In this document: piece after piece, positions 19,762 to 28,723 of the stretch
How the letters are laid out: each line of letters begins with the position of its first letter
Position numbering within the stretch: the stretch's first letter is position 1
IMG/VR virus record: IMGVR_UViG_3300037310_000404
Coordinates: 62,998-126,997 of that record
Strand: one strand, 5' to 3'
Source of the DNA: a virus
DNA length: 64,000 nt
Program-made: the position numbers and the translations under genes
The notes under the pieces: generated by a model
Database searches by the model: none
The model's input: the letters and a program-made list of their open reading frames with translations, nothing else
Told to the model about the DNA's origin: nothing

Positions 19762-20568
19762 ATGAACCGCAAAGACTTTTTAAGCTCTACCGGATCTTAT
19801 GAGCCAGTAATACATCTTGATATCGAAAATGATGATTATCTATCTAGTCAAGAGTTTGTAGTAACTGACATAAAAAGAGGATTTTCTGAAATTAGAAAAC
19901 TTCATGAATTATGCATAAAACACGGCGCGTACATAGCAGGAGGATATGCTAGGCATTGCGTAACAATAAATAGCAAGAGTACTGATTTTTCTGACGTAGA
20001 TGTATTCTGCCAAAATCAAGGTTCTTTTGATGCGTTATTAGCCGAGATCAAGAATATCCTCGAAGGAGACATTGCATACTTAGATATTTTACAAACAGAA
20101 TACGCTGTAACTATAGGTTTTAAAAACCTATCTGGCGATGCTCAGTTTTTAAAAAATGTTGAAAGAGCACAGGGTAGGATAAAAAATAAAATATCTCAAA
20201 TTTTTCCTATTCAAATTATAAAACCAGTTACGATAGAGACCGGTAGACAAACTGGTGGAGATATTATTGAGATTTTAAAAAATTTCGATCTTGACATATG
20301 TCAGGTTGCCATAGTATCTCCAGTCAAAGCCATTTGTTCTTTTAGCATGATGGCGAGTGATAAGGATAACTCGATGAAGGTCTCAAAAGGTTTACATAAC
20401 CCATATATGACAATGGCTCGTGTTATTAAATATGGCGGCCGGGGTGTTCGTGTCAAAGCTGGGATTTTGCAAGATTTGTTTACTTTTTTTGCAGAAAATA
20501 CATATAAGAAAGATGGCTGTGGGGCGGCGGATCTTGAGGAGTTTATAAAGAAACAAGGAATGTCTTAA
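19762..20568 (+). CDS. Class II nucleotidyltransferase (tRNA nucleotidyltransferase/poly(A) polymerase head-like)
   Basis: YIAGGYAR, DVDVF, NFDLDICQ, R..KY..RG. Confidence 0.7.
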   Translation: MNRKDFLSSTGSYEPVIHLDIENDDYLSSQEFVVTDIKRGFSEIRKLHELCIKHGAYIAGGYARHCVTINSKSTDFSDVDVFCQNQGSFDALLAEIKNILEGDIAYLDILQTEYAVTIGFKNLSGDAQFLKNVERAQGRIKNKISQIFPIQIIKPVTIETGRQTGGDIIEILKNFDLDICQVAIVSPVKAICSFSMMASDKDNSMKVSKGLHNPYMTMARVIKYGGRGVRVKAGILQDLFTFFAENTYKKDGCGAADLEEFIKKQGMS

Positions 20569-20592
20569 TATCCCTGTTAGTAAGGCGTAATG

Positions 20593-20790
20593 TTATCCAC
20601 ATTAAATCTAATCAAAAAAGTGCGATTCCTATATACTTCTTATATACATATTATTATATATAGTACATAATATATAATTAATATAGTATATAGAAAATCA
20701 GGAAATTTAGTTATATTTAATTATCTTAAAATAATTAAAGAAAATGATTGAAATTAAAAAATTTTTTGGTATAATTAAATTACTTAACTA
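20593..20790. other. AT-rich intergenic tract with a DnaA-box-like 9-mer and nested inverted repeats
   Basis: TTATCCACA at 20593-20601; inverted repeats 20629-37/20685-93 and 20653-60/20671-78. Confidence 0.4.
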
Positions 20791-20808
20791 ACATAACAAA
20801 CAAAAAAG

Positions 20809-21189
20809 ATGACAACTATACAGATATCAAGCACCTACCTATCTTCTACTCTTAAACCTAGACAGGCAGCTGAAAGGATTAAAGAGATACTGTATGATTT
20901 TTTGGATCATACAGATATTGATTCAGGATTTAATACAGATCTTTTCATAGATGAACTAACAACCACAGAAGAGGAAGAGTTCAGGGTTATAGAGGATGAG
21001 GTTGTTGAAAGTCCGGATATTGAAATCGATGATGAAAAATTAGATCATATGATTTCTGACTACCTGGAGTATGAAGAAACTACAGGCGCAGCGGATGATG
21101 ATTATGGAGACGACGAAGATGGCGACAGCGACGAGGCAGAAGACGAGCCGGAGTTTGATTTCGACGATAACTATGACGACGAAGAGTAA
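20809..21189 (+). CDS. Highly acidic hypothetical protein
   Basis: D/E-rich throughout; acidic tail. Confidence 0.75.
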   Translation: MTTIQISSTYLSSTLKPRQAAERIKEILYDFLDHTDIDSGFNTDLFIDELTTTEEEEFRVIEDEVVESPDIEIDDEKLDHMISDYLEYEETTGAADDDYGDDEDGDSDEAEDEPEFDFDDNYDDEE

Positions 21190-21229
21190 ATTTTAATATA
21201 ATATCTAAAAACAACAGAAGGAGAGTAAC

Positions 21230-21454
21230 ATGGCTAGAAAGAACTTGTGGACCGAAGATCAGCTAAAGAAAATGGCTGAAGAGATAGATACTAAGAAGGT
21301 TGAGAACCCTTCTTACACTGCCAAAGATTACGCGGCAGAGAAGCAGATTGTTTACGGAACCTTGTATCAGGCTTTGCGTAGGAAGGGCTTATTCAAGCCT
21401 TCAAGACAGCGCACCCGCAAATCTGATGTTCAAGAGCCAGCTACAGTCGCATAA
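21230..21454 (+). CDS. Small putative HTH DNA-binding protein
   Basis: AKDYAAEKQIVYGTLYQALRRKG; SD AAGGAG. Confidence 0.55.
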   Translation: MARKNLWTEDQLKKMAEEIDTKKVENPSYTAKDYAAEKQIVYGTLYQALRRKGLFKPSRQRTRKSDVQEPATVA

Positions 21455-21475
21455 AAGGAAGAGGTTTAAATATAA

Positions 21476-21751
21476 ATGCCCGATTTTGACGGTATTCCTC
21501 GCAGACCGAAGCTTAATCAAGAAGAAGACGAAGACGATTTTGACTGGAAAGATTGGAAGAAAGAAGTAGAAGAAAACCAATCAACCATTTATGCCGTCTA
21601 TATGAATAAAAATATCCCAGAGGTAACGATCCAGATTTTAAACGATTTTGGTTTTAAATGGAATGGCCACTTTTGGGAAAATACAAACGGATTAAACAAG
21701 GATGAAATTTCTTCTTTAGAAGAAGAGGGAATCGTAGTCCAAAAAAACTAA
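21476..21751 (+). CDS. Hypothetical protein
   Basis: ORF with SD GAGG. Confidence 0.65.
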   Translation: MPDFDGIPRRPKLNQEEDEDDFDWKDWKKEVEENQSTIYAVYMNKNIPEVTIQILNDFGFKWNGHFWENTNGLNKDEISSLEEEGIVVQKN

Positions 21752-21772
21752 AATCATTCTAGTGGAGAAAAA

Positions 21773-22126
21773 ATGCCAAAGGGTCAAAAAAAAGTTGCGT
21801 TAAAAAAGAAGACAGCAAAAAAGAAGACAGTTAAGCCATCTTCGTCGCTGAAGAAGACTGTTAAAACCGGGAAAGTAAAACTTCAAACAGAAGTTGAAAA
21901 CGCTGTCTTAACAGACAAAGAAATGCCTGTGTCTCAGACGGCGGCAGAGACGCCAAAGGCTAAAAAGACTGGTCCCACAACAAAGGCCACAGGAACAGCA
22001 GCCCTGAAAGGTGGTGCTGTTGTGATTTCCACCCACAACGATGACGCGTCGGCAGAGAAATCTAAGGCTGTCGTAATTCGAGGCGGTAAAGCAGTATTGG
22101 TTGAAAACATAGACGATGTCGAGTAA
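21773..22126 (+). CDS. Lys-rich basic hypothetical protein
   Basis: KKVALKKKTAKKKTVK N-terminus. Confidence 0.65.
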   Translation: MPKGQKKVALKKKTAKKKTVKPSSSLKKTVKTGKVKLQTEVENAVLTDKEMPVSQTAAETPKAKKTGPTTKATGTAALKGGAVVISTHNDDASAEKSKAVVIRGGKAVLVENIDDVE

Positions 22127-22770
22127 TGGCCATGAAACTTATTTTAGCGATTTTAATGGCGTTACCCTTCTCGCTTCTTTCCGCCGAACCCGAGTCTCCT
22201 AATAATAGCTCGGGCTTCGTGTTGGAGAAACAAGTCACCAAACAACAACTTTCTATGTTTTTTGACTTTTCGCTAGAAGAGATGAGGAATAGTAATTTTG
22301 GCCTCTCTCGTGATATGTTTGAGCTGATTGGAGAAAGAGCTCCCAGTGATTTCCCAATGTGCTTTTACCACCTAGCCCAGCTCTACAGACAGATCCCGAC
22401 CTTGGAAAACGCTGGGAAAGAAAAAGCAAACCTGGAGAAGTTTGTAGCTCTCTACAACAAAAAGACAAAAGTTGACAAGACGTTCTTTGAAGAGAGTTAT
22501 TCTAGGCTTATAGCACTAGAGAATGATCCGATAAAGTTGGCAAAATATGCCAAAACTATCCTGAAGATATCAAAGTCATCTTCCCAAGGCAAGCACATCG
22601 CGGTTTCCGCGTATACCAAAATCTTCTCCATAACAAATGATGCAGAGTACGCTAGTAAAATAGAGAAAATGAGCATGTCCGCTGTTCCTAAACGCTCGAT
22701 GCTGCCGGTTATTGATCGCCCATCAACAGGGGCGTCAACAATAGATGCGAGCTTTAGCATTTCCAGATAA
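22126..22770 (+). CDS. Secreted helical hypothetical protein
   Basis: Signal-peptide-like LILAILMALPFSLLSA. Confidence 0.65.
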   Translation: MAMKLILAILMALPFSLLSAEPESPNNSSGFVLEKQVTKQQLSMFFDFSLEEMRNSNFGLSRDMFELIGERAPSDFPMCFYHLAQLYRQIPTLENAGKEKANLEKFVALYNKKTKVDKTFFEESYSRLIALENDPIKLAKYAKTILKISKSSSQGKHIAVSAYTKIFSITNDAEYASKIEKMSMSAVPKRSMLPVIDRPSTGASTIDASFSISR

Positions 22771-22788
22771 GACGGGAAGGTAAAAGAA

Positions 22789-23136
22789 ATGTTTAAAAGC
22801 TGGCTGGAAAAAAGTATATTAATCTGCATATTAGCAGCGAATGTTCTTTTATCTTGGACTATCCTAAAAATAAAAATAGAAGAGATTAATCAGAATACTG
22901 CTCAGAAAATAGAAGAGACACGCAGAAGCTTATTTCTCTATATGATAGAGAACTCTTACGGAACTTTTGTTATCAAAGCTGAGGGTGAAAATCTGGAAGC
23001 CGCTATTGCTGAGCTAAAAAACATGATAAATGTTTCTAAACAAAATAAATGGTCTCTTATTGGAAATAAGAAAATAACTAAGAAAATTGATGGATCCATA
23101 GAGCTTTTTCAGACTATTTATAGATTGCCAGATTAA
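22789..23136 (+). CDS. Membrane-anchored hypothetical protein
   Basis: N-terminal TM SILICILAANVLLSWTIL. Confidence 0.65.
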   Translation: MFKSWLEKSILICILAANVLLSWTILKIKIEEINQNTAQKIEETRRSLFLYMIENSYGTFVIKAEGENLEAAIAELKNMINVSKQNKWSLIGNKKITKKIDGSIELFQTIYRLPD

Positions 23137-23198
23137 TTTTATAAAAATTGATTTAAATAAGCCTTGACAATTTAATTAAAAAATAGGATCATTGGTTT

Positions 23199-23828
23199 AT
23201 GAAAATACTAGCGATCCTGTTTTTAATGCTAGCGTTAGTTATCCCGGCCTCTGCGAGTGACCATGGAGCCGCTGTTGATTTGTATATTGAGGCTGGTGGT
23301 AAAAATATCGCTAGGGCTAAAAAATATACAGAGATTATAAAATTGCTTTGGAAGAAAAATAGGTCAAAACTTTCTCATATACCAACGCCTAACATACCAA
23401 TAGCGCTAGGTTTGAGCGAAAGTACATTTAATCCGCTAGCAGTTTCTTCTGCTGGATGTCTTGGCGTTTTTCAACTAGACCCTAGCACTGCCGTTTGGAT
23501 TTGCAAAAGATATAAAATTAAGTATAATAAGAGAACGATAAAAAAAGAACTACTAAACGATGTTTATTTTAACATACTTGTTGGGATGTGCTCGTTAGAT
23601 TATGAGATGGAGCAATCAAAAAATTTAAAAGAAGCTATTTTGTCATATAAGTGCGGAGGCACCTATATCAGGTCAAAATGGTCATATAGTTCTAGAGAAA
23701 ACGAACTATACTCGATATTCGCCAATAAGCTGGAGCGTCTTAATAATGAGCGCAAAAAAGACGATATTCATCCCGAAAAAGCTAAAAATAGCTTTAAATC
23801 GCCACGCAAGAAAAAGTTTTCCCGATGA
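23199..23828 (+). CDS. Lytic transglycosylase (SLT domain) with signal peptide
   Basis: ESTFNPLAVSSAGCLGVFQL, FNILVG, AILSYKCG. Confidence 0.85.
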   Translation: MKILAILFLMLALVIPASASDHGAAVDLYIEAGGKNIARAKKYTEIIKLLWKKNRSKLSHIPTPNIPIALGLSESTFNPLAVSSAGCLGVFQLDPSTAVWICKRYKIKYNKRTIKKELLNDVYFNILVGMCSLDYEMEQSKNLKEAILSYKCGGTYIRSKWSYSSRENELYSIFANKLERLNNERKKDDIHPEKAKNSFKSPRKKKFSR

Positions 23829-24192
23829 ATGCCTCGGTATATTTGAATGTATGGAGGCAAACGGCAATTATTTGATTATAAATACTCATGAGTGCAGGAA
23901 TACGGCTAGGAATAAAAGATTCGGTGGAGAGTTTGCTAAAAAGGAATTCAGAAAATTTACCAAGCTATCTAAAAAACTTAGTAGAACGAAGCTATTTTTG
24001 GGTGTTTACCACAGTCATCCGATAAGTGCCAGCATAAGACTCGGAGAGCAAGATAAATACTCGGGAAACCTTTTTAGATTATTTAGAATGCAGCTCATTC
24101 TTGGTCTAAAGAATCGCGGAGTTGTCAAACACGGATTTTGGAAGGTCGGTAAAAACAAGAAGTGGGCGTCTTTCGCCATAAAGGAAATTTAA
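23746..24192 (+). CDS. JAB/MPN (Mov34) domain protein
   Basis: FPDECLG and GVYHSHP...QD. Confidence 0.75.
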   Translation: MSAKKTIFIPKKLKIALNRHARKSFPDECLGIFECMEANGNYLIINTHECRNTARNKRFGGEFAKKEFRKFTKLSKKLSRTKLFLGVYHSHPISASIRLGEQDKYSGNLFRLFRMQLILGLKNRGVVKHGFWKVGKNKKWASFAIKEI

Positions 24193-24193
24193 A

Positions 24194-25060
24194 ATGCAAG
24201 CCTATTTAGATTTAGCTAAGGATATTCTTGAAAACGGATATGAGAGAAAAGATCGCACTGGAGTGGGAACAATTGGCGTTTTCGGACGTCAACTAAGGTT
24301 TGACCTCTCTAAGGGCTTCCCTCTTCTTACCACCAAAAAACTCCACCTCAAATCAATAATTCATGAATTATTATGGATTATTAGCGGAGCTACCAATATT
24401 CAATATCTCAAAGACAATGGCGTTAGAATTTGGGATGAGTGGGCGGATAAAAACGGAGACCTTGGCCCGGTTTATGGTCATCAATGGAGAAACTTTGGCG
24501 GCGGTCAAAAGGTTATCATAAACAAAACAAGATCCGTCGGAGCATCCACCGGTATCGGGGATGCGATCTTTGTAAATAGTGCGGGGGTTGACCAACTGGC
24601 TAAGCTTATCGACGGACTGAAGAACAATCCAGATTCCAGAAGGCATATTATAAATGCATGGAACCCAGAGGATATCGACAAAATGGCGCTTCCTCCATGT
24701 CACGCCTTTGTTCAGTTCAATGTAAGAAAAGGAAAATTCCTGGATTGCCAACTGTACCAAAGAAGCGCCGATTATTTTTTAGGAGTTCCATTCAATATAG
24801 CCAGTTATTCATTGCTTACCATGATGATCGCTCAAGTGGTTGGTCTTGAACCAGGAGAGTTTGTGCACACATTTGGAGATGTGCATATTTATAAAAATCA
24901 TATAGACAAAATAAAGCAGCAGATCGAAAGAGATCCAAAACCATTACCTAGGATTAAAATAAATACTAATGTGAAAAACATAGAAGATTTTAAATACGAA
25001 GATTTTGAACTCGTCGACTATAATCCTCATCCGGCAATAAGGGCTGAAGTTGCGGTATAA
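24194..25060 (+). CDS. thyA: Thymidylate synthase
   Basis: DRTGVGT, MALPPCH, YQRSAD.FLGVPFN, GDVHIY. Confidence 0.97.
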   Translation: MQAYLDLAKDILENGYERKDRTGVGTIGVFGRQLRFDLSKGFPLLTTKKLHLKSIIHELLWIISGATNIQYLKDNGVRIWDEWADKNGDLGPVYGHQWRNFGGGQKVIINKTRSVGASTGIGDAIFVNSAGVDQLAKLIDGLKNNPDSRRHIINAWNPEDIDKMALPPCHAFVQFNVRKGKFLDCQLYQRSADYFLGVPFNIASYSLLTMMIAQVVGLEPGEFVHTFGDVHIYKNHIDKIKQQIERDPKPLPRIKINTNVKNIEDFKYEDFELVDYNPHPAIRAEVAV

Positions 25061-25078
25061 AAGAGAGCATAAAAGACC

Positions 25079-25264
25079 ATGGGCAGAGACGATATAAAAC
25101 CTGGATCGATATGGACTACGGGAATTCCGTCAAGACCAGACGTGGAGATTATTAGAGTTAATATATACTCAGAAGTAGTTATCTGGTGTTATGCTGGCCA
25201 ATCTCAAACCTTTGATACTAATATTGATCAGTTTTTAAAACAATTCAAACCAAAGACTAATTGA
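25079..25264 (+). CDS. Hypothetical protein
   Basis: 61-aa ORF in the operon. Confidence 0.55.
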   Translation: MGRDDIKPGSIWTTGIPSRPDVEIIRVNIYSEVVIWCYAGQSQTFDTNIDQFLKQFKPKTN

Positions 25265-25289
25265 CAAATTAGCAGGAAACAAGTATAAT
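25261..25289 (+). promoter_or_regulatory. Consensus sigma70 promoter
   Basis: TTGACA-17-TATAAT. Confidence 0.85.
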
Positions 25290-25295
25290 ATGGAT

Positions 25296-26126
25296 ATGGA
25301 TCTCAATTCCTATCTGTCTCCTGAGCTTAAAAAGATCATTCGAAAGAAGAATCTCAGCTCTGGCGAGATAACTTCGCTCGTTACAAAATACGCCAAGGTA
25401 AAAAATTTGGCTAAAAAAGACTTGTTTAAGGACTTGATCTTTGAAAACATGGCTAAAATGATTTTCAAAATGTCTGCCGACGCGTTAAAGCAAACCGGGG
25501 CTGGATCAGAGGCTTTTGCTGATTTTTTTCAGTATGGAACCATAGGGTTTATGGAGGCATTAGAAAGATTTAAACCAAGCATGAAGATTAAGTTTTCTAC
25601 ATATGCCTTTTACTGGATAAAACATTATTTGACTATTTGCAACCAGGAACTAAGAGTATTTAGAACTCCAAGAGATATCTATATCTCTAATGCTAAATAT
25701 CATAGTGTTGTAAACGAGTCCAAACTAACAGATCTTTCGGTAGATGTCATTCTCAAAAAGAGAGGCATAACGCGTGAGCAATTTGAAAAATATCGGTCGG
25801 ACTCAGAGATCGTTGGCCGAAGATTGATAAGTCTCCAGAACACGATTGGGCCAGACGGAAGCCAAAAGACTGTTGAGAATATTCTGCGTATTGAAGACAA
25901 ACAAAATGCACTCGATAAGCTAGAGAACGATGATATGCATGTATATATACGCAGGGTTTCAAAACTAATGCCAAGGGACGAGAGTTTGGCGATTGAGAAA
26001 ATATTCTATGAAGGTCTTTCGAGAAAAGAGTTGGCCAAAGTGCTTGGAGTAACACCCAGAAGGGCTGCTGCGATCGAGGCCAAAGCGGTAAAGAGATTAC
26101 ATAACAATTTAACAGCAAGGGAATAG
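25296..26126 (+). CDS. Second sigma70-family sigma factor (probably leaderless)
   Basis: DFFQYGTIGFMEALERF...KFSTYAFYWI; region 4 LSRKELAKVLGVT; ATG 7 nt after the -10 box (alternative start 25290). Confidence 0.85.
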   Translation: MDLNSYLSPELKKIIRKKNLSSGEITSLVTKYAKVKNLAKKDLFKDLIFENMAKMIFKMSADALKQTGAGSEAFADFFQYGTIGFMEALERFKPSMKIKFSTYAFYWIKHYLTICNQELRVFRTPRDIYISNAKYHSVVNESKLTDLSVDVILKKRGITREQFEKYRSDSEIVGRRLISLQNTIGPDGSQKTVENILRIEDKQNALDKLENDDMHVYIRRVSKLMPRDESLAIEKIFYEGLSRKELAKVLGVTPRRAAAIEAKAVKRLHNNLTARE

Positions 26127-26129
26127 GTC

Positions 26130-26333
26130 ATGGGAAATCAACTAACAGTATCCGGAAGCTCGGTGGGCGCGTCTGGATCACAAAAAATAGAAGTTCCGTC
26201 AGACGTTTTTGAAAAAGAACGCCTGATGAAATATCATGGTGTAACTACCGATAAGGAGTTAAAGCTAGCCATTTATCAGGATATGTTACGCAAGCAGAGA
26301 AACAAAAGATCATCTTCATCTCAGAGTATTTAA
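26130..26333 (+). CDS. Hypothetical protein
   Basis: 67-aa coupled ORF. Confidence 0.6.
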   Translation: MGNQLTVSGSSVGASGSQKIEVPSDVFEKERLMKYHGVTTDKELKLAIYQDMLRKQRNKRSSSSQSI

Positions 26334-26788
26334 TGGACGCAAAGTTTTACTCTAAAACTGTTTACATAAAAAGAGACTCTGACGCAATCGAGCCGACTTA
26401 TGCAACAGCTGGTGCTGTTGGCGCTGATCTTTGTTCAGCCGAAGAGGTATCGATAATGCCTGGCGATAGGCTTTTAGTTCATACAGGTGTCTATCTTGAG
26501 ATACCGGTTGGGTTTGAAGTACAGGTCCGCCCAAGAAGTGGATTGGCTTTAAAACACGGCATCACCGTGGTAAACTCTCCTGGCACCATCGACAGCGACT
26601 ATAGGGGAGAAGTTGGTGTAGTTTTGATCAATCATGGCAAAGACGTGTTCAAAATAAAAAAAGGTGATAGAATCGCACAGTTAGTATTGAACGAAGTTCA
26701 TCGGATGGCTTTTGTTGAGATCCAAGAGCTATCCGAAACACAGCGAGGCGAAGGCGGCTACGGAAGCACCGGAGTCTCAAAACAATAA
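26333..26788 (+). CDS. dut: dUTPase (trimeric)
   Basis: [40 protein letters not shown]. Confidence 0.97.
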   Translation: MDAKFYSKTVYIKRDSDAIEPTYATAGAVGADLCSAEEVSIMPGDRLLVHTGVYLEIPVGFEVQVRPRSGLALKHGITVVNSPGTIDSDYRGEVGVVLINHGKDVFKIKKGDRIAQLVLNEVHRMAFVEIQELSETQRGEGGYGSTGVSKQ

Positions 26789-26884
26789 GGGGGCGACAGG
26801 TTTCGACGGGAGAAGTGAACGATAGGACGCATGCCGGGGGATGCTCAAGATACCTCGTTAAAAATTTCTAGGGCACAGAGAACT

Positions 26885-26914
26885 GCTGAAGACGCAGAAC
26901 TCCTAGCAGCTTAA
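26885..26914 (+). other. tmRNA tag reading frame (A)AEDAELLAA*
   Basis: GCT resume codon after AGAACT; ends LAA-TAA. Confidence 0.8.
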
Positions 26915-27113
26915 TTGCTGCACTCAACATGGGGACTCCTCTAACTATGTATGAGCCGCAGAGGATAGGATCAGAACAAAGCTTATTTCGCCAATCAGCT
27001 TACTTGTCTGATCTGAAATAAAGAGCGAAAGTGGCAAAAAGTGTTGCCGGACCTGAAAACCGGATAAGCATGTAGTTGGTCTACCAGGATCATCTTTCGG
27101 ACGTGGGTTCGAT

Positions 27114-27711
27114 TAAGGAGCCGATAAGCTATGAAGATTGAATATCTAGCTGGCATAATAGATGTGGAAGGCACCATGTCTATATTTATGGATGGCGGTA
27201 AAATGGTTCCATCCATAACGGTTGCCAATACCAACAAAAAACTGCTAGATGAAATCTTCAAATTCCTTAAAGCGAACGGAGTAAAATCCGAAATATGTAT
27301 GCATAAAGCAAGATCGGCGAGGCATAAAGACTCATACAGCCTGAGAGTCAGATGGAATGCCGCGATAAGACTTGCCAGCATGCTAGACGGATTTCTGATA
27401 ATCAAAACAGAACAATGCAAATTGCTTGTTAATGATTTTCGGAAAAGGACTCCGAGAAATGGCAAATATTCGCAAGGAATGCTGGCTAGCAAAAATAAGT
27501 TGATAGCCAGGTTTAGAAAGCTCAACAGTCGCGGTGTATAGTAATATACACATGAAAAATTCTCTCTGATTGACTTGGAAGCCCTGAAGAGGGTGACAAG
27601 GCGGAAGGCCTAAAGCCACCGTGAACGACTAAGCGAGAGAACATCCTATAACAAGGATGATGCGATAGTCTAAGCTGCATGTATAACAAAATAAGATGCA
27701 GGAAAGTGCTG
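27114..27711 (+). mobile_element. Group I intron in the tmRNA T-loop
   Basis: 5' exon ends in U and intron ends in G; P3 TTCTCTC/GAGAGAA (27560-66/27635-41); P7 GACTA/TAGTC (27627-31/27666-70); P2, P8 and P9 hairpins. Confidence 0.9.
27131..27541 (+). CDS. Single-motif LAGLIDADG homing endonuclease
   Basis: YLAGIIDVEGTMSI; SD AAGGAG at the intron 5' end. Confidence 0.92.
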   Translation: MKIEYLAGIIDVEGTMSIFMDGGKMVPSITVANTNKKLLDEIFKFLKANGVKSEICMHKARSARHKDSYSLRVRWNAAIRLASMLDGFLIIKTEQCKLLVNDFRKRTPRNGKYSQGMLASKNKLIARFRKLNSRGV

Positions 27712-27744
27712 TCCCACCGCCTCCACCAATTTTAAAGCAGGGCT

Positions 27745-28398
27745 ATGAACATAGCGACCTTAAAGCAGTATGACAAAATATGTCTTGTGGATGTTGGTTT
27801 TCACAAGGGGCATTTTGTCAACGACTTCATCCGGGATCATGGCTTTGATAGAAGTAAAATGAGGGTCATTGCTATAGATCCGATTAAGCACAATCAGGGC
27901 TCATATGACGAATTCCATCAGGTTGCTATATCGACTGAGCCTGGCAGGGCTAAATTCAATATCTATGACGAGCCCGGCTGCAACTCCTTACACGATCTGC
28001 AAACAGGAAAAATGGTCGATAAGATAAATCACGAGGGTTGGTACTGTAGATATCCAATCAAAAAGATTGACGAGATAGAAGTGGATGTGGTCAGGCTTGA
28101 TACGATACTCGAAACATTACAGGAGCCAATCATACACTTTCTAAAGGTAGATGCGTAAGGTAATGATTTGAACGTGATTAAAAGCGCCGGTAACATGTTA
28201 GATAGGGTTATATTTATACAGATGGAGAGCAGTGTCGCGCAAAATCCAAACGAAATCATGTATAGCGGTCAGACATTGATCAACGATGACCTAGAATACA
28301 TGAAGAGTCGAGGTTTTGAAGTAGTGAGCATAACCGACTATTCGCACCAAGCGCCACCAGAGGCGAATGTTTTGCTTTACAATAAGAGATTTTCGTAG
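27745..28398 (+). pseudogene. FkbM-family methyltransferase with an in-frame TAA at 28156-28158
   Basis: VDVGFHKG...AIDPI...HFLKVDA*GNDLNVIKSAG continues in the same frame. Confidence 0.75.
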
Positions 28399-28412
28399 AA
28401 ACGAGATGATCT

Positions 28413-28667
28413 ATGGATGCAAAAGTAGCTTTCACAAGATCGGCAGGAACCTTCTTCATATTAAAGAAGTGGGAGAAGGCTTCGACCGAATATGAAAAAA
28501 TCATAGAGCTTTATGGAGATGACCCGATGATCTATGAGCAGCTTTTCATTTGTTATAACAATTTAAGAGATCCAAGAGCAAAATCCACACTTGAAAAAGC
28601 GATAAAGTTTACAACAAAACCAGAAAAACTAGCTCTCTTAAAAGAGAAACTAAATCAGTTTAAGTAG
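28413..28667 (+). CDS. TPR-like protein
   Basis: KWEKASTEYEKII...QLFICY...AKSTLEKAI. Confidence 0.6.
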   Translation: MDAKVAFTRSAGTFFILKKWEKASTEYEKIIELYGDDPMIYEQLFICYNNLRDPRAKSTLEKAIKFTTKPEKLALLKEKLNQFK

Positions 28668-28677
28668 GAGGTTTAAA

Positions 28678-28722
28678 ATGAAAAAGCCGACAAAAGGACC
28701 CAAGAAACCCTGCGGATGCTAA
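28678..28722 (+). CDS. 14-aa peptide MKKPTKGPKKPCGC
   Basis: Perfect SD AGGAGGT 5 nt upstream; exactly fills the gap between two genes. Confidence 0.6.
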   Translation: MKKPTKGPKKPCGC

Positions 28723-28723
28723 G

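Larger units (their letters stand above)
26789..27728 (+). ncRNA. ssrA: tmRNA (exons 26789-27113 and 27712-27728; 342 nt spliced)
   Basis: 5' GGGGGCGACAGGTTTCGAC; acceptor stem GGGGGCG/CGCCTCC with G3.U wobble and ACCA; T-arm GTGGG-TTCGATT-CCCAC restored on splicing. Confidence 0.93.

Noticed and set aside
23164-23190. TTGACA as a sigma70 promoter for the SLT gene
   Set aside because: No acceptable -10 hexamer at 16-18 nt spacing.
24194-25060. ThyA homolog as a modified-base synthase (has a ~20-aa insertion)
   Set aside because: Canonical PCH and RSAD..LGVPFN (dUMP-specifying Asn) are retained; the insertion lies in a variable loop.
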